Counted from the first letter of the stretch, positions 1 to 8,688 are shown. The stretch: DNA of 20,450 bases from Patescibacteria group bacterium (GCA_018818405.1 JAHIRY010000041.1:1-20450), one strand, 5' to 3'. Made by a program: numbers and translations. The notes: a model not told the origin generated them from the letters alone.

Positions 1-623
1 ACTTTTTTCTTTTTTGAAAATTCCATCAATAATTTCCCGAAAAACAAAACTGCAATCGGAGCGAGATAAAGTCCGACCGCGTTCGGATAACCGAAAATTG
101 ATGTCACTCTTCGCGTTGCCGCGTCGCGCCAGAGTTCATTGGGAATTCCCCAGCCGGTGAATTGCTGGACAACCGCGAGAATAGCGACAACCAGGGCGGA
201 AAAACCGATCGCGGTTATAATCAAATTCCATTGCCGCTTCGAACGAATCGTATTTATCAAAACAATGAAAAATAAAATCGGTTCGAGAAAATACGCTTTC
301 CAGATTCCAAAGGCGGCGATTCTATTGTCAGAAACCAAAACAGCGATTGAGGCGGTAATTATAAATAACAAAATCAAATATTTGTATTTGCTGAATGTGA
401 CGGTTGAAAATCCTTTTTTGGCAAGGACTTTTATCAGCCACGCAAAAAACAAAATCAAGATCATTATTTCCAGGAATGTCAGAGGAACGCTTCCAATTTT
501 AAATCTGATCAGATAACTCGGCAATGCGAAAACAATCAGCGAGACAGCAAAATCCGGCTTTTTCCAGGAAAAATAAGCGAATAAAACGAAAAAAATTGTG
601 AGGAAAATATAAATCGCCATAAT
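1..623 (-). CDS. Polytopic membrane protein, N-terminal part (possibly Wzy/O-antigen ligase-like). The gene runs off the left edge of the window.
   Basis: Minus-strand reading frame opens at ATG (rc of 621-623) with no stop before position 1. Translation begins MAIYIFLTIFFVLFAYFSWKK...IFGYPNAVGLYLAPIAVLFFGKLL, a run of hydrophobic helices with short loops. The ORF track omits it because it is edge-truncated. The neighbouring flippase gene supports a polysaccharide-assembly role. The family assignment is weak. Confidence 0.45.
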   Translation of the reverse strand, partial: MMAIYIFLTIFFVLFAYFSWKKPDFAVSLIVFALPSYLIRFKIGSVPLTFLEIMILILFFAWLIKVLAKKGFSTVTFSKYKYLILLFIITASIAVLVSDNRIAAFGIWKAYFLEPILFFIVLINTIRSKRQWNLIITAIGFSALVVAILAVVQQFTGWGIPNELWRDAATRRVTSIFGYPNAVGLYLAPIAVLFFGKLLMEFSKKKK

Positions 624-813
624 ACCAAATTATTGACAAGCCAAACAAACCTTGATAGGTTGATACAATATCATTGTAAATGGTTTTTTGCTCATTCACA
701 ACCGAAAATCACTTGCGCTCAGCTGAAAGGTTCTTCTTAATTTCAAGAGGAAATGGTCAGCTCCGCGTTCAAGAATCGGCAGGACAAACAGGCCTGTCGA
801 AGAGGAGGTTGAG

Positions 814-1770
814 ATGGAACGGGTATGGGAAAAATTTTCGAGATTCAGCGACGTCCACGCGGCAAACTGCACGAATTGCACAAACTGGAAGAATGAAAGC
901 GCACGGATGCAATCGCATCGTGAGAATTTCAAACTTGGACTCGTTGGTTTTTTCTTCGGCGCGTTTGTACTAATCATGCCGCAGGTTTTTTCCGAGGTTC
1001 ACCTGTTCGCATTCAATCACAATTTGTCCTTCATTTTGACTGTAATCGGAACTGTTCTTATTTGCGTCGGGCTACCTGGTCTTTTCTTCTTCTTCCCTGA
1101 GGTGCGCGATCGCCATCGTTACTTTTTCATTGACAGCGCCGGGAAATTCCATTGCCATGAAAACCTTTTTTCGAATTTTGACCTTGAAACGCAGACTCCG
1201 CGATACTATGACATGCCGATTCAAATGCTGACAAGTCCGGAACTTCGAGATGGGGCTGAAATCACGGAAATAATTCTCAAATTGAAAACCGGCGGAATCG
1301 GCGCCGCTGATGGTGAAGTAATCTGGAATCATTGCAAAAAATACAGGAGATACACACAAGTCAACTTCTGCTGGAAATTCAGGATCTCGCGGAAGAACTC
1401 ATTCAATTTCGACCTTGCTCCCGATGATAACGCCAAATTGCGCATTTCATTGACGCCGGCAGTCGCCTATTGCATCATCGCCAGACAGCAAAATCTTGCG
1501 GAAATTCTGGAAATCGCAACCTTCGGCCGGCCTGCGGCGCCAGATAATTTTATGAGCAATACAATGGGACTCTTCCTGCTCGATCAAGCGCAAAAAATCA
1601 GAGATTCAAAGCAAAAAACAAAATCCCGCGTCGGAAAGGCGCTCAGGGAAGATATCGAAAGTTTCCTCGAAAGTTTGCCCCATGAAGAAGTCGAAGGCTG
1701 GAAGCGCCAAGCATCCGCGTTTCAACTGTTGGAAGACGGAAAAGAAGAAGAAGAGAAAGAAATATCATAA
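814..1770 (+). CDS. Hypothetical protein with an N-terminal transmembrane region and an acidic C-terminal tail; function unknown.
   Basis: ATG at 814 is preceded by a strong RBS (gaggagg at 799-805). The 318-aa ORF has hydrophobic segments LVGFFFGAFVLIMPQVF and ILTVIGTVLICVGLPGLFFFF, and ends EDGKEEEEKEIS. It is convergent with the flippase gene and they share a terminator. Confidence 0.6.
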   Translation: MERVWEKFSRFSDVHAANCTNCTNWKNESARMQSHRENFKLGLVGFFFGAFVLIMPQVFSEVHLFAFNHNLSFILTVIGTVLICVGLPGLFFFFPEVRDRHRYFFIDSAGKFHCHENLFSNFDLETQTPRYYDMPIQMLTSPELRDGAEITEIILKLKTGGIGAADGEVIWNHCKKYRRYTQVNFCWKFRISRKNSFNFDLAPDDNAKLRISLTPAVAYCIIARQQNLAEILEIATFGRPAAPDNFMSNTMGLFLLDQAQKIRDSKQKTKSRVGKALREDIESFLESLPHEEVEGWKRQASAFQLLEDGKEEEEKEIS

Positions 1771-1801
1771 ACAATTTCTTTTCCTCTCAGACAAATGAAA
1801 A

Positions 1802-1838
1802 CGGCGGCTCTCAACCTAGAGCCGCCGCATTTTTTTTA
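1802..1838. terminator. Bidirectional rho-independent terminator between convergent genes.
   Basis: Perfect stem cggcggctct (1802-1811) pairs with agagccgccg (1818-1827), followed by TTTTTTTT at 1831-1838. It sits exactly between the stops of the 814..1770 (+) and 1836..3278 (-) genes. Confidence 0.8.
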
Positions 1839-3278
1839 CTTTTGCAATTCAACTTTTCGGCCGATCAATTCGAGAATTTCTTGTTTTTTAATTCCTTTGA
1901 ACAAAAATAACAATGAAAAATAAACAAACTGCGCCAAGATCAAAAGCATTGCCACATGCCATCCGCGGAAAACATACAGAACGCCTGTCATCACAATCGC
2001 CGCTGCCAGCGATTTCCAGACGATTTGCAACCGCGGAAAAAATTTCAATGTTTTGCAAACGATAATTCCGGTCCAGAACATTATCAAAACCTCGGAAAAA
2101 ACCGTCATCCACGCCGCGCCCCAGTAGCCGAATTTCGGAATGAAAATCAAATATCCGGCAAGAGTTAAAACCGCGGTGGCGAGATAACCCCACATCATTT
2201 GTTTTTGTTTGTTTATTCCGACGACAGCATAGCCGAACAGGCTGGTGACGAAAATCGCGCCGGAAGCGAGAATTAAAACTTTTAAAATTTCACCGGAAAA
2301 CGCAAAATCACGACCGGCGACAAATGACATGAGAGGAACGCCGACGACCATTGTTCCCAGAACGATCGGGATGGCGAAAATCATCAACACATCAAACGCT
2401 TTTTGCAGAACGCCGAAAAGATTTTTAAAATCTTTCGCTTCAAAATAATTTGTCATGATCGGCAAAACTATTCCCATGAAAACCGCCGGGAGCATTGTCA
2501 AAATGTCAACAACGCGATAAGTGGCGCCGTACAAACCGACTTCAGACTGAGAACGGGTGAGAGACATTATCATTGTATCCATTTTCAGATAAATCAGATT
2601 GAAAGAAATGGAAAGAGCGATCGGCCAGGAACGGCGAAAAATTTCTTTCCAGAGATTAAAATCAATTTCCCAGCGCCAGAGAATATATTTTCGAGAATAA
2701 AGAAAAACCAAAATCAAATTCACAATACTGCCGAGCGACATGGCGGCGAAAATCCAATAAATATTTTTTCCCAGAATGGCGGCCGCGACAACCAAGGCGC
2801 AAAAAACTATTTTGCCGGCGACTTCAGCCAATGTCACTTCCAGCATTTTCAATTTCTGCTGGAAAATTCCGGTGAGCGATTGAATCACCGTCACACAAAA
2901 AAATGATGCAACCGTTAACAAAACTCCGATTTTTATGAAAATATTATAAGGAAAAAACCAGATCAATATGGGAGCCAGCGCCAGAAAAAGAATCGCGGAA
3001 ATCAGACGCAAAGACATGATGTTGTTCATTGTTTTGTCGATGTCAGAGCCCGGACGGGAAATCATCTGAATTGTTGTCAGACTCAGACCGAAATCAACCA
3101 AAATTCCGAAAAACTGCAAAAAAGCGGTGACAGTAATGTAATAGCCGAATTTTTCCACGCCGAGGAATCGAGTCATGACCGCGATGGCAACCAATCCCAA
3201 AACAAGGCTGAGAAATTTCCCTGCCAAATGAATAATAGTATTTTGCGCGATTTTTCCGCCCAAAGCCATAAAAACCAT
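1836..3278 (-). CDS. Wzx-like oligosaccharide flippase (MOP/polysaccharide biosynthesis protein family).
   Basis: Multi-pass membrane protein (~12 predicted helices). N-terminus MVFMALGGKIAQNTIIHLAGKFLSLVLGLVAIAVMTRFLGVEKFGYY matches the conserved flippase start (KNT..L....I..L..F......ARYLGPE.FG). ATG at 3276-3278 is chosen; the track's longer ORF uses a TTG at 3344. Stop is TAA at 1836-1838. Confidence 0.8.
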   Translation of the reverse strand: MVFMALGGKIAQNTIIHLAGKFLSLVLGLVAIAVMTRFLGVEKFGYYITVTAFLQFFGILVDFGLSLTTIQMISRPGSDIDKTMNNIMSLRLISAILFLALAPILIWFFPYNIFIKIGVLLTVASFFCVTVIQSLTGIFQQKLKMLEVTLAEVAGKIVFCALVVAAAILGKNIYWIFAAMSLGSIVNLILVFLYSRKYILWRWEIDFNLWKEIFRRSWPIALSISFNLIYLKMDTMIMSLTRSQSEVGLYGATYRVVDILTMLPAVFMGIVLPIMTNYFEAKDFKNLFGVLQKAFDVLMIFAIPIVLGTMVVGVPLMSFVAGRDFAFSGEILKVLILASGAIFVTSLFGYAVVGINKQKQMMWGYLATAVLTLAGYLIFIPKFGYWGAAWMTVFSEVLIMFWTGIIVCKTLKFFPRLQIVWKSLAAAIVMTGVLYVFRGWHVAMLLILAQFVYFSLLFLFKGIKKQEILELIGRKVELQK

Positions 3279-3379
3279 TGTTAGATCATAATTAATTCTA
3301 ACATTTTTGTGATATTTTGGGCAACTTGTCGACTTTTTTGACAAAGGGCGCTGTTTGTTTCGTTTTTAACCTTTTCTCC

Positions 3380-3410
3380 TTGACAATACGAGGGCAAACG
3401 TTCTAATATA
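3380..3410 (+). promoter_or_regulatory. Sigma70-type promoter for the NfeD-flotillin operon.
   Basis: TTGACA at 3380-3385, a 17-18 bp spacer, then CTAATA/TAATAT at 3403-3409. This lies ~70 nt upstream of the NfeD start. Confidence 0.5.
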
Positions 3411-3477
3411 TAACATTCCGTGTAAAAATCGGAACTTGAATTTTGACAACAGAATTACGAAAAAAAGGAGGGGCAAA

Positions 3478-4245
3478 ATGGAAGATGCAGGAACAACAGC
3501 ATTGCTTTTGGCGGATTTCATTGCCTGGTATGGCATCGGATACAGCATTTCCCTTATTTTTGGAATAATGTTTACCGGGCTCGCCGGCATGGGAATCGGC
3601 GGGGAACATGACATTGACCACGATATTGACCACGATATTGACCACGACATTGATCACCATATCGGACATGACATTTCGCATGAGGCGGAGCATAACGCTC
3701 ATTCCGGAGACGGAGCGGGCGCTTCTCCTTTCAATCCGATCATGGCAGTTCTTTCTCTCGGGGGAATCGGGAAATACCCGCTCTCGATCGTTATGATGAT
3801 TTTTCTTTTCCTGTTTTTCGGCGCCGGAATTGTATCGATTTTCGGAATGAAATCATTTGGTTTGAATCTGACGGATTGCGGCTGGATTGCCTATGCGGCA
3901 AACTTTATCGCAACCTATTTTTCCACCGGATTAATTGCCGGATTGCTGCACAAATACATGCCATTGCACGAGAAAGAAACAACTTCAAAGGAATCTCTCC
4001 ATGGGAAAATCGCCAAGGCATTGTATTCTTTTGACAGTGAAAAGGGAATGGGATTTATTCATGTATACACGGATCGCAACGCGCTGATAGACGCACGCGC
4101 CCGAAACCTGGAACCGGATCAACCCATCAGGGCAAACCAGGATGTGATCATTGTCGCCTGGGACAAGGAGAATCAATGGTATGAAGTCGCGCCAATTTCA
4201 GAAGAAGATCAGCGACAGCTGGAACCGCGGGGTCAATCCCGCTAA
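3478..4245 (+). CDS. NfeD-like membrane protein (short NfeD/YuaF type) with an inserted His/Asp-rich repeat; partner of the downstream flotillin.
   Basis: RBS aggagg at 3463-3468, ATG at 3478. Two hydrophobic blocks are followed by a C-terminal beta-rich domain (GKIAKALYSFDSEKGMGFIHVYTDRNALIDARARNLEPDQPIRANQDVIIVAWDKENQWYEV) typical of the NfeD OB-fold. It lies immediately upstream of an SPFH/flotillin gene, the classic nfeD-floT/yqiK arrangement. Confidence 0.75.
   Translation: MEDAGTTALLLADFIAWYGIGYSISLIFGIMFTGLAGMGIGGEHDIDHDIDHDIDHDIDHHIGHDISHEAEHNAHSGDGAGASPFNPIMAVLSLGGIGKYPLSIVMMIFLFLFFGAGIVSIFGMKSFGLNLTDCGWIAYAANFIATYFSTGLIAGLLHKYMPLHEKETTSKESLHGKIAKALYSFDSEKGMGFIHVYTDRNALIDARARNLEPDQPIRANQDVIIVAWDKENQWYEVAPISEEDQRQLEPRGQSR
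3604..3675 (+). repeat. Six tandem 12-bp coding repeats (gaccacgatatt-like) encoding an (E/D/G)-H-(D/H)-I tetrapeptide repeat inside NfeD.
   Basis: Units fall at 3604, 3616, 3628, 3640, 3652 and 3664. The translation is EHDIDHDIDHDIDHDIDHHIGHDI, followed by SHEAEHNAHSGDG. Confidence 0.9.
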
Positions 4246-4261
4246 CAAGGAGGAGAATACC

Positions 4262-6241
4262 ATGGGATACATCATCTGGTTCACGGTCTCGATCTTGCTG
4301 ATTCTCGGACCGATCATCGCGCCGAGCGTCCTTCCCGGATTTGCCATGGATGGTTTTTCTCAGGTGCTATGCATCATCGCGGGGAGCGCCTCGCTGGTTT
4401 TCATGGCGTTTCTGGTGGTCGTCACCAGACTGTACCAGAAACCGACCCCAGACGAAGCGCTGGTCAGAAGCGGTCTGGGCGGACTTCAGGTTGCAATGGA
4501 AAAAGGAATCCTCTTCGTTCCCCTGCTACACACATTGTCGAGAGTCAGCCTAAGAACAATAAAAATTCCGGTAAAGAGAACCGGGACGGATGCTCTGATC
4601 ACGGCAGACTATCTTCGCGCAGACCTGCAAGCGGAATTTTACATTCGGATCACGGCCGACCAAAAGGAAATCATCAGCGCTTTCAGAACATTGGGGGTAA
4701 AAGCGACGGATGAAGCGGCGATCAAAGATCTCCTCCTGGACAAACTCGTCTCCGCGCTCCGGACAGTGGCAGCGAAATCCGATCTTTTCGACCTCAACAG
4801 CAATCGTGAAAAATTTGCCAGTGATGTAAAGGGCGCTGTCACAACAGACCTCTCTCAAAATGGATTCACGCTCGAAACAGTAACAATTTCCAATCTCGAC
4901 CAGGCAGACATCCGAGCTCTCAGGGAAAGTGAAAATGTTTTCAATGCGCGCGGAACGCAAAAAGCGGCGGAAATCATCCAGGACGCTCGGGTTCGTACAA
5001 ATGTTCTGGAAAGAGAAGCCAGCGAGGCAATCGAAGCGCAAAATGTTGCAACCAGGAAAAAAATTCTAGGGCTGGATCTGGAAAGAACACAAGCTGAAGC
5101 AAACCAGGCTCTTCAAGTTTCCATCGCCGAGGCTGAATCAAAGAAGAAAGCGGAAACTTTCCGCATTCAGCAAGAGCAAGATGTCGAGGCGAGAGAGATC
5201 GAGAAGTCACAGTTGCTGGCGCAGAGAGATCTCGAAAAACAACAAGCGATTGAAACTCGTGAAATCGAGCTGGCTCAAGCGGTGGAAACCGCAGATCAAG
5301 TAAAGAAAACGGCTGTCATTCAGGCGCAACAAGCGCAGGAAGTGGCAAACATCGAACGAGAGCAAGCATCTCTCGTTGCCACGGTCGCGAAGCAGAGAGC
5401 GGAAGAAGTGGCCAGAAGAGAACAGCAGATCGCGATCGCGCAGAAGGAAGGAGAACGCGCGGCAGCGGAAGCGATTCGGCTGATGGCGGAAAAAGACAGG
5501 GAAACCAATGCGCAGGCAGTTGCCACGGTGCAGGCGGTACAGACCGCGGAACGTGAAAAAGCACAATCAGTCCTGAAGGCTTCTGCCGCGGCGGAAACTG
5601 CCTATGTGACAGAGCAACGAAAGGCAGATGCCGAGGCATATCGCGCAAAGGCGATTGCCGAAGGAAAGATGGCGGCGGCTGAAGCTGACTTCGTGGCAAG
5701 AGTGAAGGCAGCGGAAGGCGAAAAAGCGGCAGCGGAAATGCGCGCGCTGGGTGCTCGGGCAGAACAGATTGTTCCCGTTGAAATCGAAAAGGAGCGGGTC
5801 GCGGTCGATCGCGGTCGGCAGATGATCGCCGTGGATGTCGCGAAACAGCAGGTCGAAGTCGAGGCGCGGCAAGTGGAGCTGGAAAGGCAGCGACTGCAAC
5901 AGCAAGATGAACATGGAAAGGTCGCAATCGATTTCGAAATCGCAAAGCTCGAAATCGAAAGGCGGGCGGACGTTCAGATCGCGACAGCGCAAGCAACCGC
6001 GCAGATGCTGTCCTCGGTGAAGATGACTCTCTTCGGCACGCCGGAAAACGCGGCTCAGATGCAGAGAGAATTTTTCACTGCCATGCGGCTCGCAAACGCG
6101 GGAGAAGGACTGCTTTCAGGACTGGACGGCGCTCCGCGCGTCAAAGAAGTGGTGACCAAAATGGGAGAAACCGCCGGCGCTCTGGCGGACATGGTTCTCA
6201 ACAAGCCTGCGGCAACGGAAACGACGGCGGAAAAAGAATAG
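4262..6241 (+). CDS. Flotillin-like SPFH/Band-7 family protein (FloT/YqiK type) with an extended Ala/Glu/Gln-rich coiled-coil region.
   Basis: RBS aaggaggag at 4247-4255, ATG at 4262, 16 nt after the NfeD stop. An N-terminal hairpin membrane anchor is followed by an SPFH-like segment (EALVRSGLGGLQVAMEKGILFVPLLHTLSRVSLRTIKIPVKRTGTDALITADYLRADLQAEFYIRI). About 350 aa of EA/EQ/AR-rich heptad repeats and a flotillin-type C-terminus follow. The coiled-coil DNA is locally GC-rich (~55%), which generates many spurious antisense ORFs in the track. Confidence 0.85.
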   Translation: MGYIIWFTVSILLILGPIIAPSVLPGFAMDGFSQVLCIIAGSASLVFMAFLVVVTRLYQKPTPDEALVRSGLGGLQVAMEKGILFVPLLHTLSRVSLRTIKIPVKRTGTDALITADYLRADLQAEFYIRITADQKEIISAFRTLGVKATDEAAIKDLLLDKLVSALRTVAAKSDLFDLNSNREKFASDVKGAVTTDLSQNGFTLETVTISNLDQADIRALRESENVFNARGTQKAAEIIQDARVRTNVLEREASEAIEAQNVATRKKILGLDLERTQAEANQALQVSIAEAESKKKAETFRIQQEQDVEAREIEKSQLLAQRDLEKQQAIETREIELAQAVETADQVKKTAVIQAQQAQEVANIEREQASLVATVAKQRAEEVARREQQIAIAQKEGERAAAEAIRLMAEKDRETNAQAVATVQAVQTAEREKAQSVLKASAAAETAYVTEQRKADAEAYRAKAIAEGKMAAAEADFVARVKAAEGEKAAAEMRALGARAEQIVPVEIEKERVAVDRGRQMIAVDVAKQQVEVEARQVELERQRLQQQDEHGKVAIDFEIAKLEIERRADVQIATAQATAQMLSSVKMTLFGTPENAAQMQREFFTAMRLANAGEGLLSGLDGAPRVKEVVTKMGETAGALADMVLNKPAATETTAEKE

Positions 6242-6272
6242 CTCAATGCGTTGAGATGAAATAAAATATCAC

Positions 6273-6303
6273 CGGGCAAGATCATTCTTGTCCGGCTTTT
6301 TTT
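6273..6303 (+). terminator. Rho-independent terminator after the flotillin gene (first of two).
   Basis: ccgggcaag (6273-6281) pairs with cttgtccgg (6287-6295) with one G-U pair, followed by TTTTTTT at 6297-6303. Confidence 0.7.
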
Positions 6304-6348
6304 CTCCTCAACTTTTTCTGAATTACCCTTTTCTAATCGAGAATCATA

Positions 6349-6380
6349 GCGGCGGCCGGCAAGCGGCCGCTTTTTCTTTT
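6349..6380. terminator. Second GC-rich hairpin terminator (cggccg type) after the flotillin operon.
   Basis: gcggccg (6352-6358), loop gcaag, cggccgc (6364-6370), then tttttctttt. It belongs to the same sequence family as the hairpins after the two paralogous genes downstream. Confidence 0.65.
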
Positions 6381-6386
6381 AAAATA

Positions 6387-6415
6387 TTGACAAGATAAAT
6401 AAATTATTTTAACAT
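6387..6415 (+). promoter_or_regulatory. Putative sigma70 promoter for paralog A.
   Basis: TTGACA at 6387-6392, 17-bp spacer, TAACAT at 6410-6415. The -10 element is weak. Confidence 0.4.
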
Positions 6416-6454
6416 TTCAATTCGCTGGTTCTTTTCACCGCAGGAGGGGCAATC

Positions 6455-7174
6455 ATGACGGATTTTCTGGAAGAAATCGATCTGGTTCCGCTTTTGGATT
6501 TTTATGACGAGCTCGATATTCCGGTCATCTTTATCAATGACGGAAACAAAATGCTGATTCTCGAAAACATGGATGAAGTGGAAAATTTCTGCAGGGGATT
6601 GCCGGAAGAACTGCTCGAATACGCATTGGAGATACGGAAACTGGCGCATGATTATGAACTGATGCGTGATTTTGAAGAAATAATGGAGAATCTCATGAGG
6701 CTCGATTCCGCAGAGACCGTTGAAGCAACGATGAGCGTTTCATTGAAGTATGATGAAACAGGTCTTCATTCGCTTCCGCTCTGCCGTCTTTCACCTAAAG
6801 ACAAAACGATTTATTCTCCGCCGCCGCTGATTTCCTTGGATCAAGCTTGGACGATGTTTAAATTTTTGATCGAGGACGGCAAGATGGAGACAGCGGAATG
6901 CGTTTCGCTGTTGCAGGAAATGAAACAAATGGGGATACCTCTCGATCGAAAGGCAATCGATTCGCATCTGGCGCAACAGCCGCCGAGCGCATTGGAAAAT
7001 TTCGAAGAATTTAACCGCAGGGCAACCGCAGAGGCACTGGAGATCATTACAAAAGCAATCCGCCAGAACAATGGCTCGGAAAAACAGCTGACAACGACGG
7101 CTGTAAAAAATGAAACTCCGGATCTTGATTCAATTCCTGAAATCAATTCCCGTCCGCCGAACGGGATCAATTGA
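6455..7174 (+). CDS. Acidic hypothetical protein, paralog A; C-terminus IPEINSRPPNGIN.
   Basis: RBS aggagg at 6443-6448, ATG at 6455, TGA stop at 7172-7174. It is homologous over its whole length (~35-40% identity by eye) to the next gene. No recognisable domain. Confidence 0.8.
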   Translation: MTDFLEEIDLVPLLDFYDELDIPVIFINDGNKMLILENMDEVENFCRGLPEELLEYALEIRKLAHDYELMRDFEEIMENLMRLDSAETVEATMSVSLKYDETGLHSLPLCRLSPKDKTIYSPPPLISLDQAWTMFKFLIEDGKMETAECVSLLQEMKQMGIPLDRKAIDSHLAQQPPSALENFEEFNRRATAEALEIITKAIRQNNGSEKQLTTTAVKNETPDLDSIPEINSRPPNGIN

Positions 7175-7182
7175 AACAATAC

Positions 7183-7207
7183 AAACGGCCGCAACGCGGC
7201 CGTTTTA
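7183..7207. terminator. Bidirectional hairpin terminator after paralog A.
   Basis: cggccgc (7186-7192), loop aac, gcggccg (7196-7202), then TTTT. An A-run lies on the 5' side. Confidence 0.7.
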
Positions 7208-7257
7208 TACTATTCAAAAATATTCCTTTAATCGAATACTCCCTGTAAGCTGTCGGT

Positions 7258-7286
7258 TTGACAATTTCAATCAATTATCATAAACT
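7258..7286 (+). promoter_or_regulatory. Putative sigma70 promoter for paralog B.
   Basis: TTGACA at 7258-7263, 17-bp spacer, TAAACT at 7281-7286. Same architecture as the paralog A promoter. Confidence 0.35.
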
Positions 7287-7323
7287 TTTGTGTAAACTGA
7301 TCTTTTAACAGAGGAGGAGCCAA

Positions 7324-8025
7324 ATGAAAAGCTTTCTGGATGAAATTCAGCAACTTCCGCTATTTGCACTCTATGATGAAATGAAACTCAATATTCTATA
7401 TATAGAGGGAAGTAATGGACTTCATATCCTCGAAGCCATGACCGAAGTTGAGGTCTTTTGCCAAAGAGTGGAAAAAGAAAACCCGGAAGTGGCGGAGGAA
7501 ATTAGGAGCCTTGCAGTTGCTCACCCTCTGCTGGCAAATTTTGAAGAAATTCTGGAACAAATACTGCAGATAGAGCTGCCTAAAAAAATTTGCGCCGGGA
7601 CTCGCGTTCTCAGGTACTCGGACGAGAGGGGACTTTATTCACTGCCGCTGGCCGTTCTCGCCTCCCCGAAAGATATAAGTCGTCACTCCCCTCCCATGAT
7701 TTGTCTGGAACAAGCATGGTTTGTTTTCAAAAATATGATTGCGGAAAAAATGTTGACGCCGATGGAATGCATCGCGCATATTCAATCCATGAAAAAAATG
7801 AATCTTCCGCTTGATCGCAAAGAGATTGACGCCTATCTGGCGCAACAACCGCCAATCGCCATGGAAAAATTCAAAAAATTTTTGAAACAACTTACAGCCG
7901 CCCGTGATGATGGTTTCCGCCATAAGATGGAAAAACAGGAAACTTTGCCGGCGCCGGAAAACAAACAACCGGACATTTCTCAAATTCCCGAAATCAATTC
8001 CCGTCAGCCGGACGGAATCAATTGA
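7324..8025 (+). CDS. Acidic hypothetical protein, paralog B; C-terminus IPEINSRQPDGIN.
   Basis: RBS gaggagga at 7311-7318, ATG at 7324, TGA stop. It shares conserved blocks with paralog A (FEEI, LHSLPL/LYSLPL, SPKD, LDQAW/LEQAW, PLDRK.ID..LAQQPP, IPEINSR.P.GIN). Confidence 0.8.
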   Translation: MKSFLDEIQQLPLFALYDEMKLNILYIEGSNGLHILEAMTEVEVFCQRVEKENPEVAEEIRSLAVAHPLLANFEEILEQILQIELPKKICAGTRVLRYSDERGLYSLPLAVLASPKDISRHSPPMICLEQAWFVFKNMIAEKMLTPMECIAHIQSMKKMNLPLDRKEIDAYLAQQPPIAMEKFKKFLKQLTAARDDGFRHKMEKQETLPAPENKQPDISQIPEINSRQPDGIN

Positions 8026-8034
8026 ACCAAAAAC

Positions 8035-8059
8035 AAACGGCCGCAACGCGGCCGTTTTC
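8035..8059. terminator. Bidirectional hairpin terminator shared by paralog B (+) and yidD (-).
   Basis: cggccgc (8038-8044), loop aac, gcggccg (8048-8054), TTTT at 8055-8058. The sequence is identical to the terminator after paralog A. Confidence 0.7.
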
Positions 8060-8075
8060 TAATATCTCAAAAATT

Positions 8076-8336
8076 TTATTTCACCGGATCATTTCCGCCT
8101 TTTGAAAAAGGATTGCAACGGAGAATTCTGTAAACGCCGAGCAGTCCGCCCCTGAAAACGCCGTATTTTTCAATCGCGCGATAGGCGTATTCCGAACAAG
8201 TCGGATGAAATCGGCAATATCCGCCGGGAAACATTTCCTTGAAAATTCCGTGATCAAAGGACAGCGTCTTCTGATAAAATCGAATACAGCTCATGGCAAC
8301 GACTCGCGGATAATATTTAAACACTTTTATAATCAT
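8076..8336 (-). CDS. yidD: Membrane protein insertion efficiency factor YidD.
   Basis: [41 protein letters not shown] is the YidD signature (C.F.PTCS.YA..A....G...G..L...R..RC.P). Position immediately downstream of rnpA is canonical. The alternative start at ATG 8294 (MSCIRFYQ..., 73 aa) would remove the 20-nt overlap with rnpA. Confidence 0.85.
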   Translation of the reverse strand: MIIKVFKYYPRVVAMSCIRFYQKTLSFDHGIFKEMFPGGYCRFHPTCSEYAYRAIEKYGVFRGGLLGVYRILRCNPFSKGGNDPVK

Positions 8337-8688
8337 AACCTTTTACTTTTCGAAATATATTTAGTAATTCCTTTCGCAGATCAACGGATTCAACATTTTT
8401 TATTGACGGTTTGGCGATAATGAGGGCGTCAATATTTGTTTTGAAGTTCGGCAAATTCAAATGAATTGATTCACGCAATTGCCTCTTTATCCTATTTCGC
8501 GCTGTCGCTCGCTTGTCGATTTTATTTGAGACGAGCAATCCGAACCGGGAAACAGTTCTGTTATTCGGATAATATTTTAAAATCAAATGCGACGAAGACA
8601 AATTAATTCCTCGAACTTGGTGAAAGTTTTTACCGAAGAAACGGTCAAATTCTTTTTGTTTTGTAATGCGATTTGTTTTCGGAAGCAT
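8317..8688 (-). CDS. rnpA: RNase P protein component RnpA.
   Basis: 123 aa, basic, with the RnpA RNR motif region [15 protein letters not shown]. It is flanked by rpmH upstream and yidD downstream in the conserved order. Confidence 0.9.
   Translation of the reverse strand: MLPKTNRITKQKEFDRFFGKNFHQVRGINLSSSHLILKYYPNNRTVSRFGLLVSNKIDKRATARNRIKRQLRESIHLNLPNFKTNIDALIIAKPSIKNVESVDLRKELLNIFRKVKGYDYKSV

Noticed and set aside
139-516. 125-aa + strand ORF from the track.
   Set aside because: It lies entirely antisense to the well-supported membrane protein gene (1..623, minus). It has low-complexity composition, no RBS and no homology signal.
4341-5996. Cluster of long ORFs on both strands inside the flotillin gene (e.g. 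5316..5996 minus, 226 aa, Pro/Arg/Leu-rich).
   Set aside because: These are artefacts of the GC-rich, repetitive coiled-coil coding DNA, which lacks stop codons in several frames. The flotillin frame has clear SPFH homology.
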